Positions 37,742 to 47,008 of a stretch of DNA of 63,485 bases are shown here, piece by piece. Below the pieces are notes generated by a model that saw only the letters and a program-made list of their open reading frames with translations, did not search any database and was not told the DNA's origin. Position 1 is the first letter of the stretch. Each line of letters opens with the position of its first letter. Both the position numbers and the translations under genes were made by a program. The DNA comes from Gemmatimonadales bacterium (GTDB lineage Bacteria > Gemmatimonadota > Gemmatimonadetes > Gemmatimonadales > GWC2-71-9): positions 1 to 63,485 of the forward strand of contig JBBQFH010000017.1 of the NCBI GenBank assembly GCA_038321865.1, in the 5' to 3' direction.

Positions 37742-37806
37742 GGGCGTCTCCGTATATGCTTGACGGTATGATACGCGATGCACCCCCGAAACGAGGAGCA
37801 CCTCGA

Positions 37807-38847
37807 ATGCGACTCCGTTACCTCGCCCTGAGCGGCGCGTTCCTTATGGCGTGCCGCGCCGCTCCACCGGCGGCCCGTGTACCGGCGGCACGCGTGCCGG
37901 CTGGGAGCGCGGCCGCGGCCGCGGCCCCACAGGCGCCGGAGACGACGCCTCCGGCCAACGTGTCGCATGGGGAGGCGCCGGTGGGCGGGCCCAACGCCGC
38001 GCCGGCGCCGATCGACGCGGCCCTGCCGCCCCGCGAGGCCGGCGCGCTGCACCACATCCGCATCGAGATCCGGCACGCGACCGTGACCATCGCGCCGGGC
38101 GTGACCTACGCCGCGTGGACCTTCGGCGGCTCGGTGCCCGGGCCGGCGCTGCACATCCGCCAGGGCGACACGGTGGACTTCACGCTGGTCAACAAGGCGC
38201 CGATTCCCCACAGTCTCGACTTCCATGCCGCCGAGATCGCGCCGAACAAGTACTACCGGAACCTGATGCCGAACGATTCGATCCACTACCGGTTCGTGGC
38301 TCGCGTGCCCGGCGCCTTCCTGTACCACTGCGGCACGGCGCCGGTCGCCCTGCACATCGCGAGCGGGATGTACGGTGCGCTGGTGGTGGACCCGATCGTC
38401 CCGCGGCCGAAGGCACACGAGCTGGTCTTCGTGCAGAGCGAGTTCTACCTCACGGCGGCGAAGGACAAGAACGGTGCGTTCTCGGTGGACTGGAGCCGGA
38501 TGCTCTCGCTCGCGCCGGAGCACGTCGTGTTCAACGGCCGCGCGTCGCAGTACGCCGAGCACCCGATCGACGTGAAGGCGGGCGAGCTGATCCGCATGCA
38601 CGTCGTCAACGCCGGGCCCAACCGGAGCTCGTCGTTCCACGTCGTGGGCGGAATCTTCGATCAGGTGTTCGACGACGGCTCGTCCACGCCGCTCCGGGGA
38701 GTGCAGACGGTGAACGTACCGGTCGGCGGCGGCGCCATCTTCGAGCTCCGGCTGAAGGAGCCGGGAGACTACCCGTTCGTCACCCACGCCTTTGCCGATG
38801 CCACCAAGGGAGCGGTGGGAGTGCTGCGCGCCGGACCCGCGCGCTGA
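37807..38847 (+). CDS. nirK: Copper-containing nitrite reductase (two cupredoxin domains), predicted lipoprotein
   Basis: HSLDFH (T1 His, catalytic Asp, T2 His), YHC.....HIASGM, SSFHVVG (catalytic His), YPFVTH; lipobox LMAC. Confidence 0.8.
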   Translation: MRLRYLALSGAFLMACRAAPPAARVPAARVPAGSAAAAAAPQAPETTPPANVSHGEAPVGGPNAAPAPIDAALPPREAGALHHIRIEIRHATVTIAPGVTYAAWTFGGSVPGPALHIRQGDTVDFTLVNKAPIPHSLDFHAAEIAPNKYYRNLMPNDSIHYRFVARVPGAFLYHCGTAPVALHIASGMYGALVVDPIVPRPKAHELVFVQSEFYLTAAKDKNGAFSVDWSRMLSLAPEHVVFNGRASQYAEHPIDVKAGELIRMHVVNAGPNRSSSFHVVGGIFDQVFDDGSSTPLRGVQTVNVPVGGGAIFELRLKEPGDYPFVTHAFADATKGAVGVLRAGPAR

Positions 38848-38853
38848 AGGGGG

Positions 38854-38908
38854 CTGAAGGGATCGTGTCGCGGCTTTCATCATCCCTTCATGGTCCGGCC
38901 GGTATTCT
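38854..38908 (+). promoter_or_regulatory. Repeat-box promoter of the nos operon
   Basis: CTGAAG-ggat-CGTGTC-N5-TTTCAT-N5-CTTCAT-N11-TATTCT. Confidence 0.55.
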
Positions 38909-38958
38909 CGGCCTGCATCGTGTGCAGGCCCACTCAACCGGCGTGATCGCCTCCGGCC

Positions 38959-40992
38959 ATGACTCGACAGAAGCTTACCCGAACGGTGACCCTCGGGTTG
39001 GGCGCCGCACTCGCTGGCGCCACCCTCCTCTTCGCCTGCCGTACCGGTAATCCGCAGGCGTCCCTCGTCACCGGCGACGCCGCCTCGAAGGTGTACGTCG
39101 CTCCCGGATCCTACGACGACTACTACGCCTTCCTGTCAGGCGGGTTCAGTGGCCAGGTGACGGTGTACGGGCTGCCGTCAGGCCGGCTGCTGAAGACGGT
39201 GCCGGTGTTCTCCCAGTTTCCGGAGAACGGGTACGGCTACACCGAGGAGTCGAAGGCGATGCTGGAGACCACCCGCGGGTTCGTGCCGTGGGACGACAGC
39301 CATCACACCGAGCTCTCGCAGACCGACGGCGTGCCCGATGGCCGCTGGCTCTTCATTAATGGCAACAATACGCCCCGGGTCGCCCGCATCGACCTGACGC
39401 GCTTCGAGACCGACGAGATCCTCGAGATCCCCAACTCGGCCGGCGGCCACGCGTCGCCGTTCACGACGCCCAGCACCAAGTACATCGTCTCCGCGACCCG
39501 GTTCAGCGTGCCGGTGCCCAACACCGACGTCCCGATCGACAGCTACCGGAAGAACTTCCGCGGGACCCTGTCCTTCATCACGGCGGACCAGCCGGGAAAG
39601 ATGGACATCGCCTTCCAGATCCTCATGCCGGGCTACAACTACGATCTGGGCCATGCGGGCAAGGGCCCCTCGGACGGCTGGTTTTTCTTCAGCTCGTACA
39701 ACACCGAACAGGCCTACACGAAGCAGGAGCTCAACAGCTCGCAGAACGACAAGGACTACGTCGCGGCGGTGAACTACCGCCGGGCCGAGGCCTGCGTCGC
39801 GGACGGCAAGGCGAAGACGGTGCCGGCCAGCTACATGCACAACTACGTCGACCCGAAGACCCGCATCGCCAGCAGCGACCGCAAGACCAGCGTGAAAATG
39901 ATCGATCCGAAGGACTGCGAAGGCGTGGTCTACTACATGCCGACGCCGAAATCACCGCACGGCGTGGACGTGGATCCGACCGGCGAGTACATCGTGGCTA
40001 GCGGCAAGCTCGCCACGGTCATTCCGGTGCATTCGTTCTCGAAGATGCTGAAGGCGATCGAAGCGAAGCAGATCGACACGATCGTGGACGGCATTCCGGT
40101 GCTCAAGTATGCGGCCACCATCGCCGGCGAGGTGCAGAAGCCCGGCCTGGGCCCGCTGCACACCGAATTCGACGGCAAGGGCTACGCCTATACGTCGATG
40201 TTCATCTCGTCCGAGATCGTCAAGTGGAAGCTGGGCACCTGGGAAGTCGTGGACCGGATGCCGGTGTACTACTCTGTCGGCCACCTGATGATTCCGGGCG
40301 GCGACAGCCGGAAGCCGTGGGGCCACTACGTGCTCGCGCTCAACAAGATCACGAAGGACCGTTACCTCCCGACCGGGCCCGAGCTGGCGCAATCGGCGCA
40401 GCTGATCGACATCAGCGGCGACAAGATGAAGATGCTGCTCGACTTCCCGACCGCCGGCGAGCCGCACTACGCCCAGGCGCTGCCGGCGGCCATGATCAAG
40501 GACCGCCAGGTGAAGTTCTTCAAGCTGTCGGAGTCGGCCTCACCCTACACCACGCACTCCGAGGCCGAGGGCGGGATCGCGCGGCAGGGGCACCGGGTGG
40601 ACGTGAAGATGATCGCGATCCGCAGTCACTTCGCGCCGGACAATCTCGAGGGCATCCAGGTCGGTGACACGGTGTACTTTCACGTGACCAACATCGACCA
40701 GGACTGGGACATCGTCCACGGCTTCGCGGTGATGGGCGCGCAGAACTCCAATATGGTGATACCGCCGGGCGAGACCCGCACCATCCGGTGGGTGCCGCAG
40801 ACGCCCGCGGTATACCCCTTCTACTGCACCGACTTCTGCTCGGCGCTGCACCAGGAGATGGCCGGGTACGCCCGCGTGTCGCCGGCCGGCTCGTCGGTGG
40901 CGCTCACGGCGAACGTGAGCCCGCGTGCGGCGAGCCAGGTATCGCGCATGCAGCACGCGCCGTCGGCTCCGGCGCCCGGAGCGGGTCAGTGA
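38959..40992 (+). CDS. nosZ: Sec-dependent (clade II) nitrous oxide reductase
   Basis: FLSGGFSG, CuZ His contexts DSHH, GGH, PHG, GPLH, VGH, EPH; CuA FYCTDFCSALHQEM; no twin-arginine motif. Confidence 0.97.
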   Translation: MTRQKLTRTVTLGLGAALAGATLLFACRTGNPQASLVTGDAASKVYVAPGSYDDYYAFLSGGFSGQVTVYGLPSGRLLKTVPVFSQFPENGYGYTEESKAMLETTRGFVPWDDSHHTELSQTDGVPDGRWLFINGNNTPRVARIDLTRFETDEILEIPNSAGGHASPFTTPSTKYIVSATRFSVPVPNTDVPIDSYRKNFRGTLSFITADQPGKMDIAFQILMPGYNYDLGHAGKGPSDGWFFFSSYNTEQAYTKQELNSSQNDKDYVAAVNYRRAEACVADGKAKTVPASYMHNYVDPKTRIASSDRKTSVKMIDPKDCEGVVYYMPTPKSPHGVDVDPTGEYIVASGKLATVIPVHSFSKMLKAIEAKQIDTIVDGIPVLKYAATIAGEVQKPGLGPLHTEFDGKGYAYTSMFISSEIVKWKLGTWEVVDRMPVYYSVGHLMIPGGDSRKPWGHYVLALNKITKDRYLPTGPELAQSAQLIDISGDKMKMLLDFPTAGEPHYAQALPAAMIKDRQVKFFKLSESASPYTTHSEAEGGIARQGHRVDVKMIAIRSHFAPDNLEGIQVGDTVYFHVTNIDQDWDIVHGFAVMGAQNSNMVIPPGETRTIRWVPQTPAVYPFYCTDFCSALHQEMAGYARVSPAGSSVALTANVSPRAASQVSRMQHAPSAPAPGAGQ

Positions 40993-41645
40993 TCATCGCC
41001 TCGGCCGGCGTCGAGCAGGCCACGGTCCTCGGCCGGGTGCGGCAGACCAGCCGGCTCGGGCGCCGGAGCCGCCTGCTCGCCGCCGCCGCGGTGCTGCTGC
41101 TTGCGGCGGTCTACTTGGCGCCGTTGTGGAACATCCGGCTGGTCGCGCCGCAGTACCCCGAGGGACTCGGGATGCACATTCGCATCAACACGGTGACGGG
41201 CGTGCAGCCCACCGATCTCGACAACATCAACGGGCTCAATCACTACATCGGGATGAAGACGATTCATCCCGACGCGATCCCGGAGCTGCGGTACATGCCG
41301 TCGATCGTGGCGGCCCTGATGGCGGGCGGCCTGCTGGTGGTCCTGGTCGGCCGCCGCTGGCTGCTCCTCGGCTGGGTCGGGGCCTATGCGGCGGTGGCGG
41401 TGGCGGGGATCATCGATTTCTGGAAGTGGGAGCACGACTACGGGCACAACCTGGATATGGCGCAGGCCATCATCAAGATCCCCGGCATGAACTACCAGCC
41501 GCCGCTGCTGGGCTCCAAGCAGCTGCTCAATTTCACGGCCACTTCCTGGCCCGGCCTCGGAGGCTGGATGGCCGGCCTCTCGCTCGCGCTGGCGGTGGCG
41601 GCCGTGGTCCTCGCGTTTCGGCAGCGCGGCTCCGCACCCGGATGA
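40989..41645 (+). CDS. nosB: Clade II nos accessory membrane protein
   Basis: PLW.I.L.APQYPEGL, INGLNHYIGM, YGHNLD, YQPPLLGSKQLLNF. Confidence 0.85.
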   Translation: MIIASAGVEQATVLGRVRQTSRLGRRSRLLAAAAVLLLAAVYLAPLWNIRLVAPQYPEGLGMHIRINTVTGVQPTDLDNINGLNHYIGMKTIHPDAIPELRYMPSIVAALMAGGLLVVLVGRRWLLLGWVGAYAAVAVAGIIDFWKWEHDYGHNLDMAQAIIKIPGMNYQPPLLGSKQLLNFTATSWPGLGGWMAGLSLALAVAAVVLAFRQRGSAPG

Positions 41646-42883
41646 TCGCCGTTCTGCTCCTCGCGCTGATCCCGCTTCAGAGCACCGCCGCCATCGAGGT
41701 CTCCCCGGCGGGACCGGTGCGGACGATCGGCGCGGCGCTCGCCCTCGCGCCGGCGTACGGCCGGATCGTAGTGCGTCAAGGCGTGTACCGTGAGCCGACG
41801 ATCATGGTCACCCGTCCCGTCTCGATCGACGGCGACGCCGGCGCGGTGATTGATGGGGAGGGGCAGCGGCAGCTCATGACGGTCACGGCAGACGACGTGA
41901 CGGTCCGCGGGCTTACCTTCCGCAACGTCGGCGCCAGCTTCACACAGGACCGCGCCGCGATCAAGGTCGTCGGCGCGAGCCGCTGCGTGATCGAGCACAA
42001 CCAGGTGGAGGACGGGTTCTTCGGGATCTACCTCTCGCGCGCGCTGCGCTGCCGGATCGCCGGCAACACCCTCCGCGCCCGCGGGCTGAGCGAGGCCACG
42101 TCGGGCAACGGGATCCACCTCTGGTCGTCCGACTCGATCACGATCGAGGACAATCGCGTCAGCGGCTACCGCGACGGGATCTACTTCGAGTTCGTGCACG
42201 GGAGCCACATCAACCGGAACGTGAGCCGGCACAACCTGCGGTACGGTCTCCACTTCATGTATTCGGACGGCTGCCGCTACCGCGGCAATCTGTTTCAGGC
42301 CAACGGCTCGGGCGTGGCGGTGATGTACTCCCGCGACGTCGAGATGACGGGCAACCGGTTCGAGGACAACTGGGGCGGCTCATCGTACGGCCTGCTGCTG
42401 AAGGAAATCACCGACAGCCGCGTGATCGGCAACCGCTTTGCCCGGAACACCGTCGGACTGGTGGCCGAGGGCGCCAACCGGCTGGAGGCGCGCGACAACG
42501 ACTTCCTCGATGACGGCTGGGCCATCCGGCTGAGCGCGAGCACCGCCGACGCCCGGTTCAGCGCCAACAACTTCATCGGCAATACTTTCGACGTCGCCAC
42601 CAACAGCCGGACGACATCGAGCACCTTCGCGGGCAACTATTGGGACGAGTATCACGGGTACGACCTGGACCGCGACCGTCTGGGCGACGTGCCCCATCAT
42701 CCCGTCCGCCTGTTTTCGGTGCTGGTGGCGCATAACCAGCCGGCGCTCATCCTGCTCCGGAGCGTTTTCGTGCGGGTGCTTGACCTGGCCGAGCGGGCGG
42801 TGCCGGTGCTCACGCCCGCCGAGCTCGCCGATGCCCATCCCGCGATGCGCCCGTTGCCGCGGGCGCCGGAGGACGCCCGATGA
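41642..42883 (+). CDS. nosD: Nitrous oxide reductase maturation protein
   Basis: GNGIHLW, RDGIYFEF, RYGLHFMYS, GNYWD.Y.GYDLD. Confidence 0.95.
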   Translation: MIAVLLLALIPLQSTAAIEVSPAGPVRTIGAALALAPAYGRIVVRQGVYREPTIMVTRPVSIDGDAGAVIDGEGQRQLMTVTADDVTVRGLTFRNVGASFTQDRAAIKVVGASRCVIEHNQVEDGFFGIYLSRALRCRIAGNTLRARGLSEATSGNGIHLWSSDSITIEDNRVSGYRDGIYFEFVHGSHINRNVSRHNLRYGLHFMYSDGCRYRGNLFQANGSGVAVMYSRDVEMTGNRFEDNWGGSSYGLLLKEITDSRVIGNRFARNTVGLVAEGANRLEARDNDFLDDGWAIRLSASTADARFSANNFIGNTFDVATNSRTTSSTFAGNYWDEYHGYDLDRDRLGDVPHHPVRLFSVLVAHNQPALILLRSVFVRVLDLAERAVPVLTPAELADAHPAMRPLPRAPEDAR

Positions 42884-43593
42884 TCGAAGTGCTCGGGCTC
42901 TCGAAGGCGTTCGGCCGCCTGACGGTATTGGACGGCGTGGACCTCCGGGTCCGGCCGGGGCGCGTGACCGCCATCGTCGGCCCCAACGCGGCGGGGAAGA
43001 CCACGCTCATCAAGACGATGCTCGGGCTCGTCCGGCCCGATGCGGGCCGGATTCTGCTCGGAGGCGCCCCGGTGACTTCAGACGGGGCGTATCGCTCACA
43101 GATCGGATACATGCCGCAGATCGCGCGGTTTCCCGAAAATCTCTCGACCCGCCATCTGCTCGCGCTCCTGGGCGACCTGCGCGGCACCGAGGCGCGCGTG
43201 GATCGGGAGCTCGTCCGCACGCTGGGACTCGAGACGGAGCTCGACAAGCCGCTCCGCACGCTGTCCGGCGGCACTCGGCAGAAGGTGAACGCCGTCATGG
43301 CGTTCCTGTTCGCCCCCGGGCTGCTGATCCTGGACGAGCCCACCGCCGGCCTCGACCCGCTGTCCAGCGGCGTGGTCAAGGACAAGATCGCGACCGAACG
43401 CGCGAACGGCCGTACCGTGATCATCGCGTCGCACATCATGAGCGAGCTCGATGAGCTGGCGGACGATGTGGCGGTCCTGCTCGATGGCCGGATGCAGTTT
43501 GACGGACCGGTGCCCGAGCTCAAGCGCCTGACCCGGCAGGCCACGCTCGAACGGGCCATCGCGCACCTGATGATCCGGGAGGTGGCGGCATGA
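42880..43593 (+). CDS. nosF: ABC transporter ATPase
   Basis: GPNAAGKT, LSGG, LILDEP; nos context. Confidence 0.9.
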   Translation: MIEVLGLSKAFGRLTVLDGVDLRVRPGRVTAIVGPNAAGKTTLIKTMLGLVRPDAGRILLGGAPVTSDGAYRSQIGYMPQIARFPENLSTRHLLALLGDLRGTEARVDRELVRTLGLETELDKPLRTLSGGTRQKVNAVMAFLFAPGLLILDEPTAGLDPLSSGVVKDKIATERANGRTVIIASHIMSELDELADDVAVLLDGRMQFDGPVPELKRLTRQATLERAIAHLMIREVAA

Positions 43594-44387
43594 GCACTTC
43601 CCTCCCGGCGGCGCTCCGCGTCGCCGGATACCAGATGCGCGACGTGGCACGGAGCCGCTGGGTCATCGCCTACGCGCTGTTCTTCCTCGCCGTGACCGAT
43701 GCCCTGTACCGCTTCGGCGGCGGCGGCAGCCGGGCGCTGCTCAGCCTGGTCGATATCGTTCTCTTCATCGTGCCGCTGGTGACGATCGTCTTCGGCACGA
43801 TGTACCTCTACAACGCGCGCGAGTTCACCGAGCTGATCCTGGCGCAGCCGGTGCGCCGCCGCACGGTGTTCGGCGGCTTGTACGCCGGGCTCGTCGTGCC
43901 GCTGGCCATCGCGTTCGTGGCGGGAACCGGACTCCCGTTCCTGCTCCATGGCACCGGCGACGCCGCCGGCACCCTGATTGCGGTGCTGCTCGTCGGTGTC
44001 CTGCTCACCCTGGTGTTCGGCGCACTGGCGCTCCTGATCGCCATCCGGGCCGACGACCGCCTCCGGGGACTCGGTCTCGCCATTGGCGCCTGGCTGCTCG
44101 CCGCAGTGGTCTACGACGGGCTGGTGCTGCTCGCCGCCTCGATCTTCGCCGACGCGCCGCTGGAGCGGCCGATGCTGGCCGCGATGCTGGCCAACCCCGT
44201 GGATCTCGCGCGCGTGCTCCTGCTGCTCCGGTTCGACGTCGCGGCACTGCTCGGCTACACCGGTGCCGTGTTCGCCCAGTTCTTCGGCGGTACCAGGGGA
44301 ACGCTCATCGCCGGGGCGGCGCTGCTGGCGTGGGTCGCGGCGCCGCTCGCGCTCGCGGCCCGGGCCTTCAGCCGCAAGGATTTCTAG
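43590..44387 (+). CDS. nosY: ABC transporter permease
   Basis: Multi-TM; REFTELILAQP, NPVDLAR, LLGYTGA. Confidence 0.9.
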   Translation: MSTSLPAALRVAGYQMRDVARSRWVIAYALFFLAVTDALYRFGGGGSRALLSLVDIVLFIVPLVTIVFGTMYLYNAREFTELILAQPVRRRTVFGGLYAGLVVPLAIAFVAGTGLPFLLHGTGDAAGTLIAVLLVGVLLTLVFGALALLIAIRADDRLRGLGLAIGAWLLAAVVYDGLVLLAASIFADAPLERPMLAAMLANPVDLARVLLLLRFDVAALLGYTGAVFAQFFGGTRGTLIAGAALLAWVAAPLALAARAFSRKDF

Positions 44388-44418
44388 CTCTCCACCACAC
44401 CTGAGAAGAGGACCGAAC

Positions 44419-44865
44419 ATGATGTCGCGATTCACCGCTCGACGATTCCTGCTGGCGGCCGGTACGGTCACCACGCTCGCGGCCGCCGCCTGCGGAGGGA
44501 AAGAGGGAGCCGAGCATGAAAAGGGCGAGGCAGGGACCGAAGCGGAGCACCCGGTGGCACCGGCCGGCAAGGTCATCGTCGTGACCCTGACCACCGATGC
44601 CAAGGGCAACTATTTCTCGCCCGCCGAGGTCACCGCGAAAAAGGGCGACACGATTCGGTTCACCCTCGCGGTGGGCGTGCACAATGTGCATTTCCTTCCC
44701 GACTCGAACCCGGGCAAGGCCGGCCTGCCCCCGGCCAGTGACCTGCTCCAGTTGCCGGGCCAGACGCTGGACGTGCCGGTGACGTTCGCCGAGGGCACCT
44801 ACTTCTTCCAGTGCGACCCGCACGCGGCGCTCGGCATGACGGGCCATCTGAAAGTCGAGGACTGA
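44419..44865 (+). CDS. Plastocyanin/azurin-family blue copper lipoprotein
   Basis: T1 Cu ligands HNV and CDPHAALGM; lipobox AAAC. Confidence 0.88.
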   Translation: MMSRFTARRFLLAAGTVTTLAAAACGGKEGAEHEKGEAGTEAEHPVAPAGKVIVVTLTTDAKGNYFSPAEVTAKKGDTIRFTLAVGVHNVHFLPDSNPGKAGLPPASDLLQLPGQTLDVPVTFAEGTYFFQCDPHAALGMTGHLKVED

Positions 44866-44883
44866 GACTGAGGAGCTGGCTTC

Positions 44884-44913
44884 TGACGGGGAGGCACCTG
44901 CGGCCTCCCCATC
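44884..44913. terminator. Hairpin between convergent operons
   Basis: GGGGAGGC-N7-GCCTCCCC. Confidence 0.55.
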
Positions 44914-46327
44914 AGCCGGTCAGGTAGTCCAGCACGGCGTCCGCCGTGTAGCCGGGTCTGTCGCGCAGAAACTCCCTGAGCGAGGCGAGATCGTCACCGC
45001 TGGTGAGGAGCACGGGCTCGGTCCGGCCGTCGTCTCGCACCTGGGCGTGACCGACGTTGGCGACCAGCGCGTTGCAGAGACAGTGGCGACCGACCGTGTC
45101 CTCGAGCTTGCCGCCCTTCTGCACGTAGGCCTCGACCGGCTCGGCGGGGCACCGGTAGCCGATCCGGCCGTCGGGTTGCTCGTAGGGCGCACGCAGCGCG
45201 CCGATGTCGCAGACGCGCGTGCGCGGCTCCGCACCCGCAGTCGGATCGGCCGGCCACCGCACGACCTTGAACGGGTACCCGGTCGGTGAGGCACGCGGAT
45301 CAGTGAAGATCCCGATCTCCCCCCGGGCCGCGTGTTCGAGCACCGAACGCTTCAGCGGCTCGGCGAGTCCCGATTCGTCTGTGTAGGCAAAGAGCGTCCC
45401 CACCTGGATGCCGGCCGCGCCCGCGGCCCGCGCCGCCCGCAGTGCCCCGGGCGACCCGGTTCCCCCCGCGAGCCAGAACGGCACGCCGAGCTCCTGCAGC
45501 CTGGGAAGATCGACCACGTCACGCTCGCCATAGACCGGCTCGCCCCGCTCGTTGAGCGGCGCCGCTCCGCGCGGCGGGGCGTTGTGGCCGCCCGCCGTCG
45601 GCCCCTCCACCACGAAGCCGTCCACACGGCCGCTCGCTTTCCGCGCCAGCATCGTCGCCAGCGAGTTGCTCGCGATGATGGCGAGAAAGGCCGGGCGCCG
45701 CAGTGTCGCGGGCGGGTGAAAATGGTCGGCTGGATCGAATGTCAGCCGCTCCTCGCGGCCGGCGCTGAGGCCGTCCACATCGAACCGGAGCGACGCCGCG
45801 CGACCTTCCGCGAAGGCGTCCAGCACCGCCGGGATTTCGCGTGGAATGCCGGCACCCATGAGCACGTAGCCGACACCCGCCAGCATGGCCCCGTACAGCG
45901 CCGCGAGGTTCGGGAGCTGCACCTTGGTCAGCAGGTTGATGCCAACCGGCTCCGCATGTCCCTCGCGGGCGAGCCAGACCTCGACGAAGTTGCCGAGCAT
46001 CGTGATCCGCTCGCGCGCCCGCGATGCGTGCTGACGGTACATCGGGAGCATCCGGTAAGGCGTGCCCGCCGGCCGGCCCGCCGGGCGATAGAATCTGTCG
46101 AGCACCTCGGCGGCGAGACCGGGCAGTGGAAAGTGAGCCATGGCGCGGCGCATGTGTCCGCCCTCGTCGCCATCCTGCAGCCGGCGCACCAGCAACGTTT
46201 CCACTGCGGTACCCGAGACGACGCCGAGGTGGCCGCGCCGCGAGACCGCCTGGGCCAGGCGCCAGCTGGATATGCCGACACCCATCCCGCCCTGGATGAT
46301 CGACGGAAGTACAAGCGGTGCGGTCAT
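44912..46327 (-). CDS. Nitronate monooxygenase (2-nitropropane dioxygenase) family flavoprotein with Cys-rich C-terminus
   Basis: IIQGGMGVGIS, MGAGIP, EGPTAGGH, GIQVGT. Confidence 0.85.
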   Translation of the reverse strand: MTAPLVLPSIIQGGMGVGISSWRLAQAVSRRGHLGVVSGTAVETLLVRRLQDGDEGGHMRRAMAHFPLPGLAAEVLDRFYRPAGRPAGTPYRMLPMYRQHASRARERITMLGNFVEVWLAREGHAEPVGINLLTKVQLPNLAALYGAMLAGVGYVLMGAGIPREIPAVLDAFAEGRAASLRFDVDGLSAGREERLTFDPADHFHPPATLRRPAFLAIIASNSLATMLARKASGRVDGFVVEGPTAGGHNAPPRGAAPLNERGEPVYGERDVVDLPRLQELGVPFWLAGGTGSPGALRAARAAGAAGIQVGTLFAYTDESGLAEPLKRSVLEHAARGEIGIFTDPRASPTGYPFKVVRWPADPTAGAEPRTRVCDIGALRAPYEQPDGRIGYRCPAEPVEAYVQKGGKLEDTVGRHCLCNALVANVGHAQVRDDGRTEPVLLTSGDDLASLREFLRDRPGYTADAVLDYLTG

Positions 46328-46767
46328 GACTGCACCCGCAGGGGGCGCAGCGGGGCCAGAGCGGCAGCCGGTGCCCCGCTGCCGATCGTGTTCCAGATGT
46401 TGAAGACGAACAGGTACGCGCCGAGCGTCTCGAGCACGCCGCCCGCCACGAGGAAGCCGGTGCCCGGACTGCCGGCATGCGGCTGGAGCAGGAATCCCGC
46501 AACCATGCCCGCGAGCCCGGCGTTGGCCATCCACCACTGGCAAGCGGCGAGACGCCGGCTGTGCAGCGGATGCCCGGTGAACCTCGGCACCACGTGATAC
46601 GCCACGCCGTAGATCATCATCGTGACGAATCCGACGAGATTCATGTGCACGTGCGCCGGCCGGTAGATGATCCACGCTGGATGGATGGCGATCGAGAGTC
46701 CGAGGGTGATGCCGAGCGCGAGCCACACCAGGCTGGCGCGCATGAAGGCGCGGACGAACCAATCCAT
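46324..46767 (-). CDS. 4-TM heme-copper-oxidase subunit I-like single-unit membrane protein (HxH variant)
   Basis: WFVRAF..ASL...AHVHMNLVGF...GVAYHVVPR. Confidence 0.7.
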   Translation of the reverse strand: MDWFVRAFMRASLVWLALGITLGLSIAIHPAWIIYRPAHVHMNLVGFVTMMIYGVAYHVVPRFTGHPLHSRRLAACQWWMANAGLAGMVAGFLLQPHAGSPGTGFLVAGGVLETLGAYLFVFNIWNTIGSGAPAAALAPLRPLRVQS

Positions 46768-46768
46768 G

Positions 46769-46963
46769 TCAGCCGGCGTCGGGCTGGAGCGCGGCGAGCA
46801 GTTGCGGCAAAGGCATGCCGACGGACCGCGCCGCCTCCGCCAGCGAGAGCGAGCCGCCACAGCACGTATCCAGGCCGAGGCGGTGCAGCACCGCCGCCGT
46901 TTCGGGCCTGCGAGAGAGCATGTCGTTGACGGTGAGGGCGGCGTTGGTCGATCCGGTGGTCAC
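46769..46963 (-). CDS. Stand-alone ScdA_N/DUF542 domain protein (RIC N-terminal-like)
   Basis: PETAAVL..LGLDTCCGG..SL.EA; GTG after GGGAG. Confidence 0.8.
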   Translation of the reverse strand: MTTGSTNAALTVNDMLSRRPETAAVLHRLGLDTCCGGSLSLAEAARSVGMPLPQLLAALQPDAG

Positions 46964-47008
46964 GTGGCTGTCTCCCGAGGTGATTGCGCAACCGGCATGC
47001 AAGGGGAG

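Noticed and set aside
37742..37806. Possible FNR/DNR box (TTGAC...) upstream of nirK
   Set aside because: Only one half-site; no TTGAT-N4-ATCAA symmetry, and the match to the CTTCA repeat is too weak to call.
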